The notes under the pieces are model-generated. The model was not told the DNA's origin. It saw only the letters and a program-made list of their open reading frames with translations, and did no database searches. Shown here one piece after another: positions 27,035-37,008 of a stretch of DNA of 64,000 bases. The DNA lies in NCBI GenBank assembly GCA_038150265.1, contig JAYOTF010000011.1, positions 11,130 through 75,129 of the forward strand, in the 5' to 3' direction. Positions within the stretch are counted from its first letter, which is position 1. Each line of letters starts with the position of its first letter. The stretch comes from Deltaproteobacteria bacterium. GTDB lineage: Bacteria; SAR324; NAC60-12. The position numbers and the translations under genes are program-made.

Positions 27035-28930
27035 ATGAGCTCCTTCTCCTTCTCGGCACGCGTCACCTCCGCCCAGCAGCTGGCCTGTACGCTCCGCAAC
27101 CACAGCTCAGCGGCCTACCAGGGGTTTCAGCTTGGCCTCAGCCTGGTCACCGGCGGGGTGGCGGTTTCCGGATGTCGCCTCACGCGTCAGGTGGGAGGCT
27201 ACTGCGAGGTCGCTCCCGAGCCAGAGGGTCCCCTTGCTCCCGGAGCCACATGGGAGTTTGTCCTGGCCTACCACGAGGCGGGTTACGTCCCCTTCAACCA
27301 GTCGTGGGGACCACAAGGCGTCCACCTCCTCACAGCGCAAGGAGAGGCCCTTCCGGTGGAAGCCCACCCCCTCGAGTTTCCGGACGTGCCCCCGTTTCCG
27401 CAGCTGGACGTGACTCCAGAGGCTCCCGAGCTTCCTCTGATTCCGCATCCGGAATCCTGGAAGCCGACGGGCACAACCTGCTCGCTTGCTTCCGGAATCA
27501 CCGTGCTGGAGCCGCTTCCGTTTCCCGACGTTCCGGAGGCCGTGGACGCGCTCGCTCGACGGTGCGGGTTCTCCCCCCTGCAGGCGAGTTCCCCTTCCGC
27601 CTGCCCGCTGACGCTGCACCAGGATGCCTCGCTCGGTCTGGAGGCCTACTGGCTTGAGATTCACCCGGATCGGCTGGAACTCGGCGCCTCCGGACGCACG
27701 GGCGCGCTGTATGGCGGGCTCACCCTGCTGCAGTTGGCCGAAGCGACCCACCGGAGCCTGCCCTGCGGGCGCCTGGAAGACCAACCTCGGTTTTCGTGGC
27801 GTGGGCAGCACCTCGATTGCGCCCGGCACTTCTACGAAGTCGACACCCTCCTTCGGGTGCTGGACCTGATGGCCCTGCTCAAGCTCAACCGCTTCCACTG
27901 GCACCTGATTGATGATGAGGCCTTTCGGTTGGAGCTCGAGGGCTTTCCCGAGCTGGCCGCCCAGACTTCTGCGCGGGGGCATGGCTGTGTGGTGCCCGGC
28001 GTGTTTGGCGGCGGCGCCGGTCCCACCGGAAGGGCCTACTCGGCGGCCGACGTCGAGCGGGTCCGGCAGCACGCCCAGACGCTCGGCATTGAAGTGATGC
28101 CGGAGGTGGAGATTCCCGCCCACGCCTGGGCGCTCCTGCAGGTGTTTCCCGAGCTGCGGGATCCGGAAGACACCAGCCACGAGGTGTCGGTGCAGTGTTA
28201 CGCGGAAAACGCGATCAACCCGGGACGCGCAGAAACCTGGCGGTTTTTGGAGAAGCTGCTTCCGGAAGTGCACCAGCTCTTCCCGGATGGCTGGATTCAT
28301 CTGGGATGCGACGAGTTGCCGCCCGGGACCTGGGAGCGCTCTCCGGCGGTTGCACGACTCAAGGCCGAACACGGCCTGCACACCACCGAAGATGTTCAGG
28401 AGTGGACCATGCAGCGTGCGGCCGCCCTGCTCCAAAAAGCCGGGGCGCGGGTGGCGGCCTGGGAAGAAGCGGCCCGCGGGCAGCACGGAGGCATCGGTCC
28501 GGACACCCTGCTGTTTTCCTGGACGGGACAGGGGCCCGGACTTGATGCCGCCCGCCGCGGGTATTCCGTGGTGATGTGTCCGGCTCCGCACACCTACTTC
28601 GACCTGGCCCAGACCGCTCATCCTTCGGGGCGAGGCATCAACTGGGCGGGGACCGTGGGGCTTCGGGACGCCCTGGAGTGGCAGCCGGTTCCTCCGGAGG
28701 AGCCTGAGCTGGAAGCCCGCATTCAGGGCGTGCAGGGGCAGCTCTGGTCAGAGACCATTCTGGACGATCGCATGGTGGAGGCCCTGCTGGCCCCCCGGAT
28801 TCTGGCCCTGGCCGAAGTGGCCTGGTGTCCGGAAGCACGCAAGCGGGCGTTCCCGGAGTTTGTGGGAGCCGCCCAGGCGTTTTTACCCTTACTTTCCAAG
28901 ATGAACTGGGAGTCTCACCCCCTCGTCTGA
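27035..28930 (+). CDS. beta-N-acetylhexosaminidase (GH20), no signal peptide
   Basis: DQPRFSWRGQHLDCARHF, KLNRFHWHL, PEVEIPAH, catalytic HLGCDE, GVQGQLWSE, PRILALAEVAW. Confidence 0.92.
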   Translation: MSSFSFSARVTSAQQLACTLRNHSSAAYQGFQLGLSLVTGGVAVSGCRLTRQVGGYCEVAPEPEGPLAPGATWEFVLAYHEAGYVPFNQSWGPQGVHLLTAQGEALPVEAHPLEFPDVPPFPQLDVTPEAPELPLIPHPESWKPTGTTCSLASGITVLEPLPFPDVPEAVDALARRCGFSPLQASSPSACPLTLHQDASLGLEAYWLEIHPDRLELGASGRTGALYGGLTLLQLAEATHRSLPCGRLEDQPRFSWRGQHLDCARHFYEVDTLLRVLDLMALLKLNRFHWHLIDDEAFRLELEGFPELAAQTSARGHGCVVPGVFGGGAGPTGRAYSAADVERVRQHAQTLGIEVMPEVEIPAHAWALLQVFPELRDPEDTSHEVSVQCYAENAINPGRAETWRFLEKLLPEVHQLFPDGWIHLGCDELPPGTWERSPAVARLKAEHGLHTTEDVQEWTMQRAAALLQKAGARVAAWEEAARGQHGGIGPDTLLFSWTGQGPGLDAARRGYSVVMCPAPHTYFDLAQTAHPSGRGINWAGTVGLRDALEWQPVPPEEPELEARIQGVQGQLWSETILDDRMVEALLAPRILALAEVAWCPEARKRAFPEFVGAAQAFLPLLSKMNWESHPLV

Positions 28931-28956
28931 CGAGGCTCTCCAACCAGGAGGAATTC

Positions 28957-29880
28957 GTGAATACCCGCACTGCGGCTCGCCCCAATCGCTGGCAGCAGTT
29001 TCTGCGCTCTCCCGCCTTCTTTGCGTGGTTGCTGATCCTGCCTGCGGCCCTCTACCTGATGCTGGTGGTCGCCTGGCCCCTGGTCGAGACCGTCCGCCTG
29101 TCGTTTACGAACGCCGGGCTCGGCGGAGAGGAGTACATTGGATGGGAAAACTACGAAAAGCTCCTCTCCAGCTACTCCTTTCCTCAAATTGTGGGCCGGA
29201 CCTTTTACTGGATGATCCTCTCCGTCAGCCTCAAGCTGATCCTTGGGCTGATTGGGGCCACGCTGCTGAATGCCAAGATTCCCGGGCGGGCGCTCTTCCG
29301 GGTGCTGGTGATGCCACCGTGGGTGGTGCCGATTGCCATTGGCTGCATCGGCTGGCTGTGGCTGTACAACGGGCACTTCGGCATTATCTCCGGGGTCCTC
29401 ATGCGAACCGGTTTGCTCGATGGCCCCTTCGAGTTCCTGGCCTACAAGGACAGCGCCTTCTATTCAGCACTTGTGACCGATGTTTGGGTGGGCACCCCGA
29501 TGGTGACCGTCTTCTTCCTGGCGGCCATGCAGGGGGTGCCGGAAGACCTCTATGAAGCCGCCTACGTCGATGGTGCCTCCCGCTGGTACCGGTTCCGCCG
29601 CATCACGCTGCCCCAGATCATGCCGGTCATTGTGACCATGGCCCTGCTTTCGGCCATTTGGACCTTCAACTCCTTTGAGATCATCTGGATCCTCACCGAA
29701 GGCGGGCCTCGGGGAGCCACCACCACCCTGATCATTGACACCTACAAGAAGGCGATTTCGGGATACAAGTTTGGCGTCGGCGCCACCCGAGCGGTGATGG
29801 TGGTCCTGCTGCTGTCGGCCTTCTCGCTGCTCTACCTGTGGCTCCTGAACAAGATCAACCGCCGTTACCAAAACAAGTAA
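28957..29880 (+). CDS. carbohydrate ABC transporter permease
   Basis: RBS AGGAGG then GTG 28957; EAA loop LYEAAYVDGASRWYRFRRITLP. Confidence 0.92.
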   Translation: MNTRTAARPNRWQQFLRSPAFFAWLLILPAALYLMLVVAWPLVETVRLSFTNAGLGGEEYIGWENYEKLLSSYSFPQIVGRTFYWMILSVSLKLILGLIGATLLNAKIPGRALFRVLVMPPWVVPIAIGCIGWLWLYNGHFGIISGVLMRTGLLDGPFEFLAYKDSAFYSALVTDVWVGTPMVTVFFLAAMQGVPEDLYEAAYVDGASRWYRFRRITLPQIMPVIVTMALLSAIWTFNSFEIIWILTEGGPRGATTTLIIDTYKKAISGYKFGVGATRAVMVVLLLSAFSLLYLWLLNKINRRYQNK

Positions 29881-29882
29881 CC

Positions 29883-30722
29883 ATGGAAAAGTACGGATTG
29901 GGACAAAAAGTGGCTCTTTATGCGGCCATTGGCGTCTTCCTGACCTTCATCCTCCTGCCCTTCTTTGAGATGTTCATGGCGTCGTTGCGCCCGCTGGACC
30001 ACCTGTTCCGGATGCCGTACCAATTCTGGTCGCCCGACCTTTCGTTTCAGGCGTACCACGACATCTGGAAAACGGTGCCCAAGCTCCCCCGGTACATCTT
30101 CAACAGCATCTTCCTGGCGGTGGTGACCACGCTGCTGTGCATGATCTTTGTGGTGCCTGCCGCGTATGCGTATGCGCGTTTTGAGTTCAAGGGCAAGGCC
30201 GTCAGCCTCGGGATCTTCCTGGGGGTGAACATGTTTGCCGGCGCCGTGCTGCTGATTCCGCTTTACAAGCTGCTCCGGACAATGGGGCTGCTCAACACCT
30301 ACGCGGCCATGATCGTCCCCGGGGCCGCCTTCCTGGTGCCCACCGGCATCTGGATGCTGAAGGCCTACCTGGAGAAGATTCCGATTGAGCTGGAAGAGTC
30401 CGCCTGGGTCGATGGCGCCTCCCGTCTCTACATCCTGAGACGCGTGGTGCTGCCCCTTGCCGTCCCCGGATTGATTGTCGTTGGGGTGGCCACCTTCATT
30501 GGAGCCTATGCCCAGCAGTTCCTCTTTGCCGTGACCTTCAATCAGAACCGGGACTACATGCCGCTGCCGGCCGGGATCTTTGAGTTCATCGGCTACCAGA
30601 CGGTGATCTGGAACGAAATGATGGCCGCCAGCATCATCGGCATCATTCCGGTGCTGTTCCTGTTCATGTTCTTGCAGAAGTACCTGATGGCGGGCCTCAC
30701 CGCCGGCGCGTTGAAGTCGTAA
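29883..30722 (+). CDS. carbohydrate ABC transporter permease
   Basis: IPIELEESAWVDGASR and QKYLMAGLTAGALK; ATG 29883. Confidence 0.92.
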   Translation: MEKYGLGQKVALYAAIGVFLTFILLPFFEMFMASLRPLDHLFRMPYQFWSPDLSFQAYHDIWKTVPKLPRYIFNSIFLAVVTTLLCMIFVVPAAYAYARFEFKGKAVSLGIFLGVNMFAGAVLLIPLYKLLRTMGLLNTYAAMIVPGAAFLVPTGIWMLKAYLEKIPIELEESAWVDGASRLYILRRVVLPLAVPGLIVVGVATFIGAYAQQFLFAVTFNQNRDYMPLPAGIFEFIGYQTVIWNEMMAASIIGIIPVLFLFMFLQKYLMAGLTAGALKS

Positions 30723-30837
30723 CAGCGTGGTCCCTTACCTTCATGTGGAGTTGCCTATGGTCTCGTGATGCAGCCTCTAGTTTGCCTTTGCCTCAGGATG
30801 AGGCGTTTCTGATGACAACACCATTGAGAGAGTCAAC

Positions 30838-32058
30838 ATGAACCTCAAACAAGCCTTTGTGCGCTCCGTGCTGATTGGAGCCGGCGCCCTTGCTTTTGCT
30901 GGACTCGGTCAGGCTCAGGAGCTGACCTTTGTGATGTGTGGTGGAGAAGCCCGGGAGGCGGACCAACAGACCATTGATGCCTTCATGAAGGCCCGCCCGG
31001 GCGTGAAGGTCAACATGGAAGTCGTTCCGTGGGGAACCTGCCAGGACAAGTCCATGACCCTCGCCGCCGCAGGCGATCCCGTCAGTGTAGCCTACATGGG
31101 CTCCCGTACCCTGAAGCAGCTCGCCGAGAACAACCTGATTGTGCCAGTCAGCATTCCTGCTGCAGACCAGTCCAACTACCAGCCGGGCATCCTCAAGACC
31201 GTCTCGCACATGGGCAAGTTCTGGGGTTTCCCGCACGCCTTCTCCACCAAGGCGCTGTTCATGAACTGCGACCTCGTGGAGCAGGCCGGGTTGACCTGCC
31301 AGGGCCCGAAGACCTGGGATGAGATGTACTCCATGGCCAAGACCATCAAGGACAAAACCGGCATCGCCGGAGTCGGTCTTGCGGCCAAGGACTTTGACAA
31401 CACCATGCATCAGTTCCTGAACTACCTCTACAGCAACGGGGGACAGGTCATTGATCCGGACACGAATGAGATCACCCTCAACAGCAAGCAGACTGTCGAG
31501 ACCCTCGACTTCTACGGCAAGCTCGTGAGTGTGGCTCAGGAAGGCCCCACCGCTTTTGAGCGCTCCCAGATCAAGGACCTGTTCAACGATGGCAAGGTGG
31601 CCATGTACATCGACGGCCCCTGGGGTCGTGGCCAGCACAAGGAAGGCATGCGGACCATCACGGTGCCGATCCCTGCAGGTCCAAGTGGCGTGAGTGGCAC
31701 CCTGCTCATCACCGACTCGATTGCCGTGTTCAAGGGAACCGGACACGAGGACCTGGCCATGGAACTCGCCCGGGCCCTTTCGTCTGGAGAGGCCCAGTAC
31801 AACCTGGACCAGACCTGGGGCCTCACCCCCATCATGAAGTATGACGAAGGCATGGTGGCCAATCCCTACTACGCGGGAGACGCGTACTGGAAGGTCTTCA
31901 TTGACCCGATCACCACCGGGGGTCCGGAGCCTCTGTTTGTGGACTACAAGTCCCTGCAGACCGTCATGAACAGCATGATCCAGGGAATCGTCCTTGAAGA
32001 CGGCAGCGCCGAAGACCTCGTCGCTCAGGCAGCCGAGCAGTTGGAAGAGTTCAAGTAA
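30838..32058 (+). CDS. carbohydrate ABC transporter substrate-binding protein
   Basis: Signal peptide (..GLGQA/QE), PKTWDEM, FNDGKVAMYIDGPW. Confidence 0.9.
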   Translation: MNLKQAFVRSVLIGAGALAFAGLGQAQELTFVMCGGEAREADQQTIDAFMKARPGVKVNMEVVPWGTCQDKSMTLAAAGDPVSVAYMGSRTLKQLAENNLIVPVSIPAADQSNYQPGILKTVSHMGKFWGFPHAFSTKALFMNCDLVEQAGLTCQGPKTWDEMYSMAKTIKDKTGIAGVGLAAKDFDNTMHQFLNYLYSNGGQVIDPDTNEITLNSKQTVETLDFYGKLVSVAQEGPTAFERSQIKDLFNDGKVAMYIDGPWGRGQHKEGMRTITVPIPAGPSGVSGTLLITDSIAVFKGTGHEDLAMELARALSSGEAQYNLDQTWGLTPIMKYDEGMVANPYYAGDAYWKVFIDPITTGGPEPLFVDYKSLQTVMNSMIQGIVLEDGSAEDLVAQAAEQLEEFK

Positions 32059-32080
32059 GCCCGAACGCCTTCCGCCCTTC

Positions 32081-32112
32081 AAGCTTCCGGAGCCTCCTGG
32101 TTCCGGGGGCTT
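32081..32112 (+). terminator. intercistronic stem-loop after the binding-protein gene
   Basis: AAGCTTCCGGAGCC-tcct-GGTTCCGGGGGCTT, a 14-bp stem with G-U pairs and no strong U tract. Confidence 0.5.
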
Positions 32113-32151
32113 CCTGACCCAACCCTTTTGCTGACAGACGAGGTTTTCAGC

Positions 32152-33258
32152 ATGGCCGCTGTAACATTAAAGGCAATCAACAAGCACTTTGGCGCCACTC
32201 AGGTCCTGCATGACATCAACCTCGAGATCAACGATAAAGAATTTGTGGTGTTTGTCGGGCCATCCGGATGCGGGAAAACGACGCTGCTCCGGATCATTGC
32301 CGGCCTGGAAGAAGCACCTCAGGGAGAAATCTGGATCGATGGTGCCGAGGTCTCACAAGCCCGTCCCGTGGAACGGGGCATCTCCATGGTCTTTCAATCA
32401 TACGCCCTCTACCCGCACCTGACTGTTTTTGAAAACATTGCCTTTCCGCTCCGGGTCCTCAAGATGCCCGAGCCCGAGCTGCGCCAGCGCGTGGAAGCCG
32501 CGGCAGCGACCCTGCAGCTGACCGACCGCCTGCAACACAAACCCGGGCAGCTCTCTGGAGGACAGCGCCAGCGTGTGGCCATTGGCCGCTCCATTGTTCG
32601 GCAACCGAAGGTGTTTCTCTTTGATGAACCCCTCTCCAACCTCGATGCCGCGCTCCGTGGAGAAATGCGGGTGGAGCTGTCGAAGCTGCATCAGAACCTG
32701 GATGCGACCATGATCTATGTGACCCATGACCAGGTCGAGGCCATGACCATGGCCGATCGCATCGTCGTCCTTTCCAGGGGCTGGGTTGAGCAGTTTGGCA
32801 CCCCCATGGAGCTCTACCACCGTCCCCGGACCAAGTTTGTTGCCAGCTTCATTGGGCACCCCAAGATGAACTTCATTCCCACCCAGTGCCTCCAGGCGTC
32901 CACCTCCGGCGTCTCGGTTGCGCTTCCTGGCGTTGGGACCCTGACGCTTCCGGTCGACCCGGAAGCCGGACTGGAAGGACAGGCACTGGAAGTGGGGGTG
33001 CGCCCTGAAAACCTGCTCCTGTCCGAGACGGATGAGGGGCTCCCCATGGAAGTCCAGGTGCTGGAACGCCTGGGCGGCAGCTCCCTCGTCTATGGACGAA
33101 TTGCCGACACCGACGGCTGCTGCGCCATGCTTCCCGGAGACGCCCTGGTCCGGGAAGGAGCCACCATTCACCTGAAGGTCGTCCCGGAAGAACTCCACGT
33201 CTTTACCGCTTCCGGAATCGCGCTCCGCCGGCAAAAGGTCCCGGCGGTTCTCCTGTAA
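32152..33258 (+). CDS. carbohydrate ABC transporter ATP-binding protein (MalK type)
   Basis: GPSGCGKT, MVFQSYALYPH, LSGGQRQR, FLFDEPLSNLD. Confidence 0.95.
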   Translation: MAAVTLKAINKHFGATQVLHDINLEINDKEFVVFVGPSGCGKTTLLRIIAGLEEAPQGEIWIDGAEVSQARPVERGISMVFQSYALYPHLTVFENIAFPLRVLKMPEPELRQRVEAAAATLQLTDRLQHKPGQLSGGQRQRVAIGRSIVRQPKVFLFDEPLSNLDAALRGEMRVELSKLHQNLDATMIYVTHDQVEAMTMADRIVVLSRGWVEQFGTPMELYHRPRTKFVASFIGHPKMNFIPTQCLQASTSGVSVALPGVGTLTLPVDPEAGLEGQALEVGVRPENLLLSETDEGLPMEVQVLERLGGSSLVYGRIADTDGCCAMLPGDALVREGATIHLKVVPEELHVFTASGIALRRQKVPAVLL

Positions 33259-33280
33259 CCTCAAGTTTGTGCAAAGAACC

Positions 33281-34432
33281 ATGCGTGTCGCAATTGTGGG
33301 ACTCGGCCTCCGGGCCGGTCATGTCATTGGCCTGATGAAGCAGCAGCTGCCCGAGCTGGAAGTCGTGGGCTACGTCGATCCCTCTCCATGCGGAATGGAG
33401 CGGCTCGGGGAAGCCCAGCCCCAACGGAGCTACCCGGATCTTTCCGAGATGCTGTCTGACGCCCAGCCCGACCTGCTGTTTGTCGGGTCACCGAACCACC
33501 TCCACCTCGAACACATCCGGCTGGGGCTGGAAGCCGGGGTTCAGGTGTTTGCCGAAAAGCCGGTGGTGACCACCCTGGAAGATACCTTCACCCTGGCTGA
33601 GCTGCTGGCGAAGCACGGTCCCGACCGCGTCATGGTTGGGCTGGTGCTCCGCTACTCGCAGCACATGCGAGACCTCCGGACCGCTCTTGCCGGGGGGATG
33701 CTTGGGCCCATCGCCTCGATTGAGGCCAACGAGCACATTGCCCCGTACCACGGCTCCTTCTTCATGCGCGACTGGCGCCGCAAGGTCGCCTACTCCGGAG
33801 GCTTCATGCTGGAGAAGTGCTGCCACGACCTCGACATCTACAACATGGTCACTGCCAGCCGTCCGCAACGGGTTGCCAGCTTCGGAAGCCGCCGGTCCTT
33901 TGTTCCCGAGCAGGCGCCGCCTCCGGGCGCACACGATGACGTCTATCAGGTCAAGCGGTCCTTCTGGGAAGCAACGGATGACCCGTTTGCTTCCGATGGG
34001 GACATCATCGACAACCAAACCGCGCTCATGGAATTCGAGAACGGCGTCGGCATGACCTTCCACACGAACATCAACACCCCCGACGAGCACCGACGCTTCT
34101 GCATCATCGGCGCTCAGGGCATGGCGGAAGGCGACTTCGTTCGGGGCTTCCTCCGGGTCACGGAAGCGCGGACCGGCAAGCGCCTGATGGACGAGGACTA
34201 CACCCGGAATGCGGCAGCCAAAACCGCTCACTATGGTGCTGACGAGTTGATGGTTGCCGACCTCGCGGCCTACCTGAGGGAGGAGCGCGCGGACCTCCCG
34301 GTGTCCATTTTGGACGCACTGGAAGCAGGGGTCGTCGCGCTGGAGCTGGATGCGGCTCGTACCTCTGGAACCGTCCGGGACCTGGCCCCGCTGTGGAAGC
34401 GGCTGGACGCCTTTGGGCTGCGAAATGGGTGA
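33281..34432 (+). CDS. Gfo/Idh/MocA family NAD(P)-dependent oxidoreductase
   Basis: VAIVGLGLR, SPNHLH, AEKP, GGFMLEKCCHDLD. Confidence 0.9.
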   Translation: MRVAIVGLGLRAGHVIGLMKQQLPELEVVGYVDPSPCGMERLGEAQPQRSYPDLSEMLSDAQPDLLFVGSPNHLHLEHIRLGLEAGVQVFAEKPVVTTLEDTFTLAELLAKHGPDRVMVGLVLRYSQHMRDLRTALAGGMLGPIASIEANEHIAPYHGSFFMRDWRRKVAYSGGFMLEKCCHDLDIYNMVTASRPQRVASFGSRRSFVPEQAPPPGAHDDVYQVKRSFWEATDDPFASDGDIIDNQTALMEFENGVGMTFHTNINTPDEHRRFCIIGAQGMAEGDFVRGFLRVTEARTGKRLMDEDYTRNAAAKTAHYGADELMVADLAAYLREERADLPVSILDALEAGVVALELDAARTSGTVRDLAPLWKRLDAFGLRNG

Positions 34433-35330
34433 CTGGCTGTTGACGCTGGACGGCGGCGCCACGAACTGCCGGGCCGTTCTCTACCAGGGAGACACCGTTG
34501 TTGCCCGGGCCAGCGGCCCAGCAGCCAATGCCTGGTGGGGCGTGGAAGAAACCGTTCAGAGCATCCACAGCACCTGGGAGGCGGTTGCCGCCCAGGCCGG
34601 CCTCTCAACCCGTCCAGAAGACCACCAGGTCCAGCTGGTCGCCGGACTGGCCGGAGCCGAGCTGCACAGCCTCCGGAGGGCCCTGATCGCACACCTGCCC
34701 GGCTTCCAGGACATCCGGATCCTCACCGACGGCTATGCCGCCCTGATTGGTGCCGGAGAAGGACAGCCCTGCACCCTGATGATCGTGGGAACCGGATCCG
34801 TCGTCCACCGCCTGGAAGCCAACGGCCTGAGTCGCATTGCAGGAGGCTGGGGCATGATTGCCGGAGACCGGGGAAGCGCGGCCTGGATTGGCCTCGAAAC
34901 CGTTCGGCGCTGGCTCCAGTGGGAAGATGGAAGCCGCTCTCCAGACGGAAGCTCCCCCCTCCGTGAGCAGCTCAATCACCTCATTGGCACCTCCCGGGAG
35001 GCGCGTCTGGCCTGGCTCAAGGCAGCCAAGCCGGCCGACTACGGCGCCCTCTCCCGCTGGGTCGTGGAAGCTGCTGCCCAGGGCGATCCCTTCTCCGAGC
35101 GCCTGATGCAGCGCGCCACCGAAGAGGTCGCTGACAGCCTCTACACCCTGCTGGATGAAGACGCTCCCGGGTGGGTCTTCCTGGCAGGCGGGCTGGCTGA
35201 GACCTTTCAGCAGCGCCTGGAACGTCACCACAACCTCACCGTCAGCCGCCCCAGGCAAGACGCCAACTACGGCTGCTTCCTGGTCGGACGTGGACGGGCT
35301 CCGGAGGAGAGACGGGCCGACGATGCCTGA
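34425..35330 (+). CDS. BadF/BadG/BcrA/BcrD-family sugar kinase (N-acetylglucosamine/glucosamine kinase-like)
   Basis: LDGGATNCRA, GLAGAE, TDGYAAL, IVGTGS, GGWGMIAGDRGSAAWIG. Confidence 0.85.
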   Translation: MGDWLLTLDGGATNCRAVLYQGDTVVARASGPAANAWWGVEETVQSIHSTWEAVAAQAGLSTRPEDHQVQLVAGLAGAELHSLRRALIAHLPGFQDIRILTDGYAALIGAGEGQPCTLMIVGTGSVVHRLEANGLSRIAGGWGMIAGDRGSAAWIGLETVRRWLQWEDGSRSPDGSSPLREQLNHLIGTSREARLAWLKAAKPADYGALSRWVVEAAAQGDPFSERLMQRATEEVADSLYTLLDEDAPGWVFLAGGLAETFQQRLERHHNLTVSRPRQDANYGCFLVGRGRAPEERRADDA

Positions 35331-35934
35331 AATTGCCCCTCGTGTGCTGGGCCTGACTGGCGGAATCGGCTCCGGAAAGTCAACGGTCGCCCAGTGGTTT
35401 GCCGATGCCGGATTCCCCACGCTCAGTGCCGACCGGTTGGGACACGAAATCCTGGAGCCCGGGCAGCCGGCTCATGCAGAAATCGTGGCGCATTTTGGAT
35501 CCCACCTGGTGCTTCCCTCAGGCGCCATCGACCGCTCGCAACTGGGCGCCCTCGTGTTTGCCGATCCGGAAGCGCTCAAGGCGCTCAATGCCTTCACCCA
35601 CCCGCGCATTGCGCAAAGGGCTCAGGACGAGGCGCAACGCCTCGCGTCTGTCCGCGCCGACCACCGGGTTGTGCTGGAGGCGGCGCTGCTGATTGAAGCA
35701 AAGTGGCACCACTTCTGCGAAACCGTCTGGGTGGTGGAGGCCCCCACGGAGCAGGTGCTGGTCCGCCTGCACCTCCGAAACGGCCTCACAGCGGAGCAGG
35801 CTCAGGCCCGCATCCAGGCTCAGTTGCCTCCGGACGCCCGGCGCACGCATGCGCAGGAAGTGCTCCGCAATGATTCGACACTGGAAGACCTGCACCACCA
35901 GTGGTATGCTGCCTTGGAGCGTTGGTTAGCGTAA
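35323..35934 (+). CDS. coaE: dephospho-CoA kinase
   Basis: GLTGGIGSGKST, IDRSQLGALVF, THPRI, LEAALLIE, ARIQAQ. Confidence 0.93.
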   Translation: MPEIAPRVLGLTGGIGSGKSTVAQWFADAGFPTLSADRLGHEILEPGQPAHAEIVAHFGSHLVLPSGAIDRSQLGALVFADPEALKALNAFTHPRIAQRAQDEAQRLASVRADHRVVLEAALLIEAKWHHFCETVWVVEAPTEQVLVRLHLRNGLTAEQAQARIQAQLPPDARRTHAQEVLRNDSTLEDLHHQWYAALERWLA

Positions 35935-35953
35935 CCTGAATCCTCGGAGGACC

Positions 35954-36892
35954 ATGAGAAAGCACCTGCACCTCGTCGTTGATACCTACCTGCACCCCAG
36001 CATTGGGCTGTTCTGGCAACGTCACGGACTCCGCATCATGGAGCACCTGGTCCCGAGCGCCTTCTCCTGCACCTCTCGGGGCAACGGGCTGGAGGCGGTC
36101 TTTGACAAAGCTGTTCGGGGACGCTCGCGAAAGGTGGTGCTGATTGCCACTCCGGACAGCGTCCGCAATGCCTTCAACTGGCTCATGCAGCTGGATCCGG
36201 AAGAGCGGGCCTCGGTTCAGGTGGGGTTCTGGCCCCTGACGTCCCTTGAAGTGGCCACCTGGATGCTTCAGTTTTCCAGCAGCCTTTCCCCCTTTCTGCA
36301 GGTGTTCCGAGCCGGGCACACCCTGGCGGTGGATGTGGTGAAGGCCCAGTACCTCACGGATGAGCTGCACACCACCTACTTCTGGAACGACTTCCTCCTC
36401 AGCAGCACCCACCCCTCGGCCCACTCGATCCTCTTCCTCGACGATGAGGACTACACCCAGGAAGGCGCGGCCCGCTACCGGATCCGGCACCACGACCAGC
36501 CCCTGAGCTCGCTGGCCGCCAACCCCGGGAAGTTCTGCCGGAACGACAAGATGCGCCTCTTTGCCTCCGACCCCATGCTGGCCCAGAAGCGGGCCTGGCC
36601 CTCCTTGACGCGCCAGGAGCGGCTGGTCCGGACCGCTCGGCAGCTGGAGATTCAGGGGAACTGGGCGAACCTGGTGCTGCACTCGGTAGACGTCCGGGAC
36701 GCCGTCCAGTCCATTCACTTCGAGGTGGTGCGTCGGGCGTTTTCCCTCATTGTGCCGATGATTCCCATTCGGCAGCCCGAGCCCATTCGCGAGCGCCTGC
36801 TCTCCCTCCCCGTCCGCAACGTGGCCACCGCCCGGGAGCTTCCGTCGCGCACCCTGCGTTCCGGAAAGGACAAACCCAACCAGCTTTCCTAG
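35954..36892 (+). CDS. hypothetical protein, probable degenerate diacylglycerol-kinase (YegS/DAGK)-like fold
   Basis: RBS GGAGG. Element order matches DAGK by eye (VVLIATPDS at the GGDG position, VGFWPL, AVDVVK, YFWND, ARQLEI, IHFEVVRRAFSLIVP). Confidence 0.6.
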   Translation: MRKHLHLVVDTYLHPSIGLFWQRHGLRIMEHLVPSAFSCTSRGNGLEAVFDKAVRGRSRKVVLIATPDSVRNAFNWLMQLDPEERASVQVGFWPLTSLEVATWMLQFSSSLSPFLQVFRAGHTLAVDVVKAQYLTDELHTTYFWNDFLLSSTHPSAHSILFLDDEDYTQEGAARYRIRHHDQPLSSLAANPGKFCRNDKMRLFASDPMLAQKRAWPSLTRQERLVRTARQLEIQGNWANLVLHSVDVRDAVQSIHFEVVRRAFSLIVPMIPIRQPEPIRERLLSLPVRNVATARELPSRTLRSGKDKPNQLS

Positions 36893-37008
36893 CCCCTCGG
36901 CTTCGCGTCAGGAAGCGCCTCGGACAAAGATCCGCTTGAGCTTCCTGATGTTCCTACCTAAACTAGTTAGTTTTTGTCAACTTCAGCCATTAAAAGAGCG
37001 AACACATC

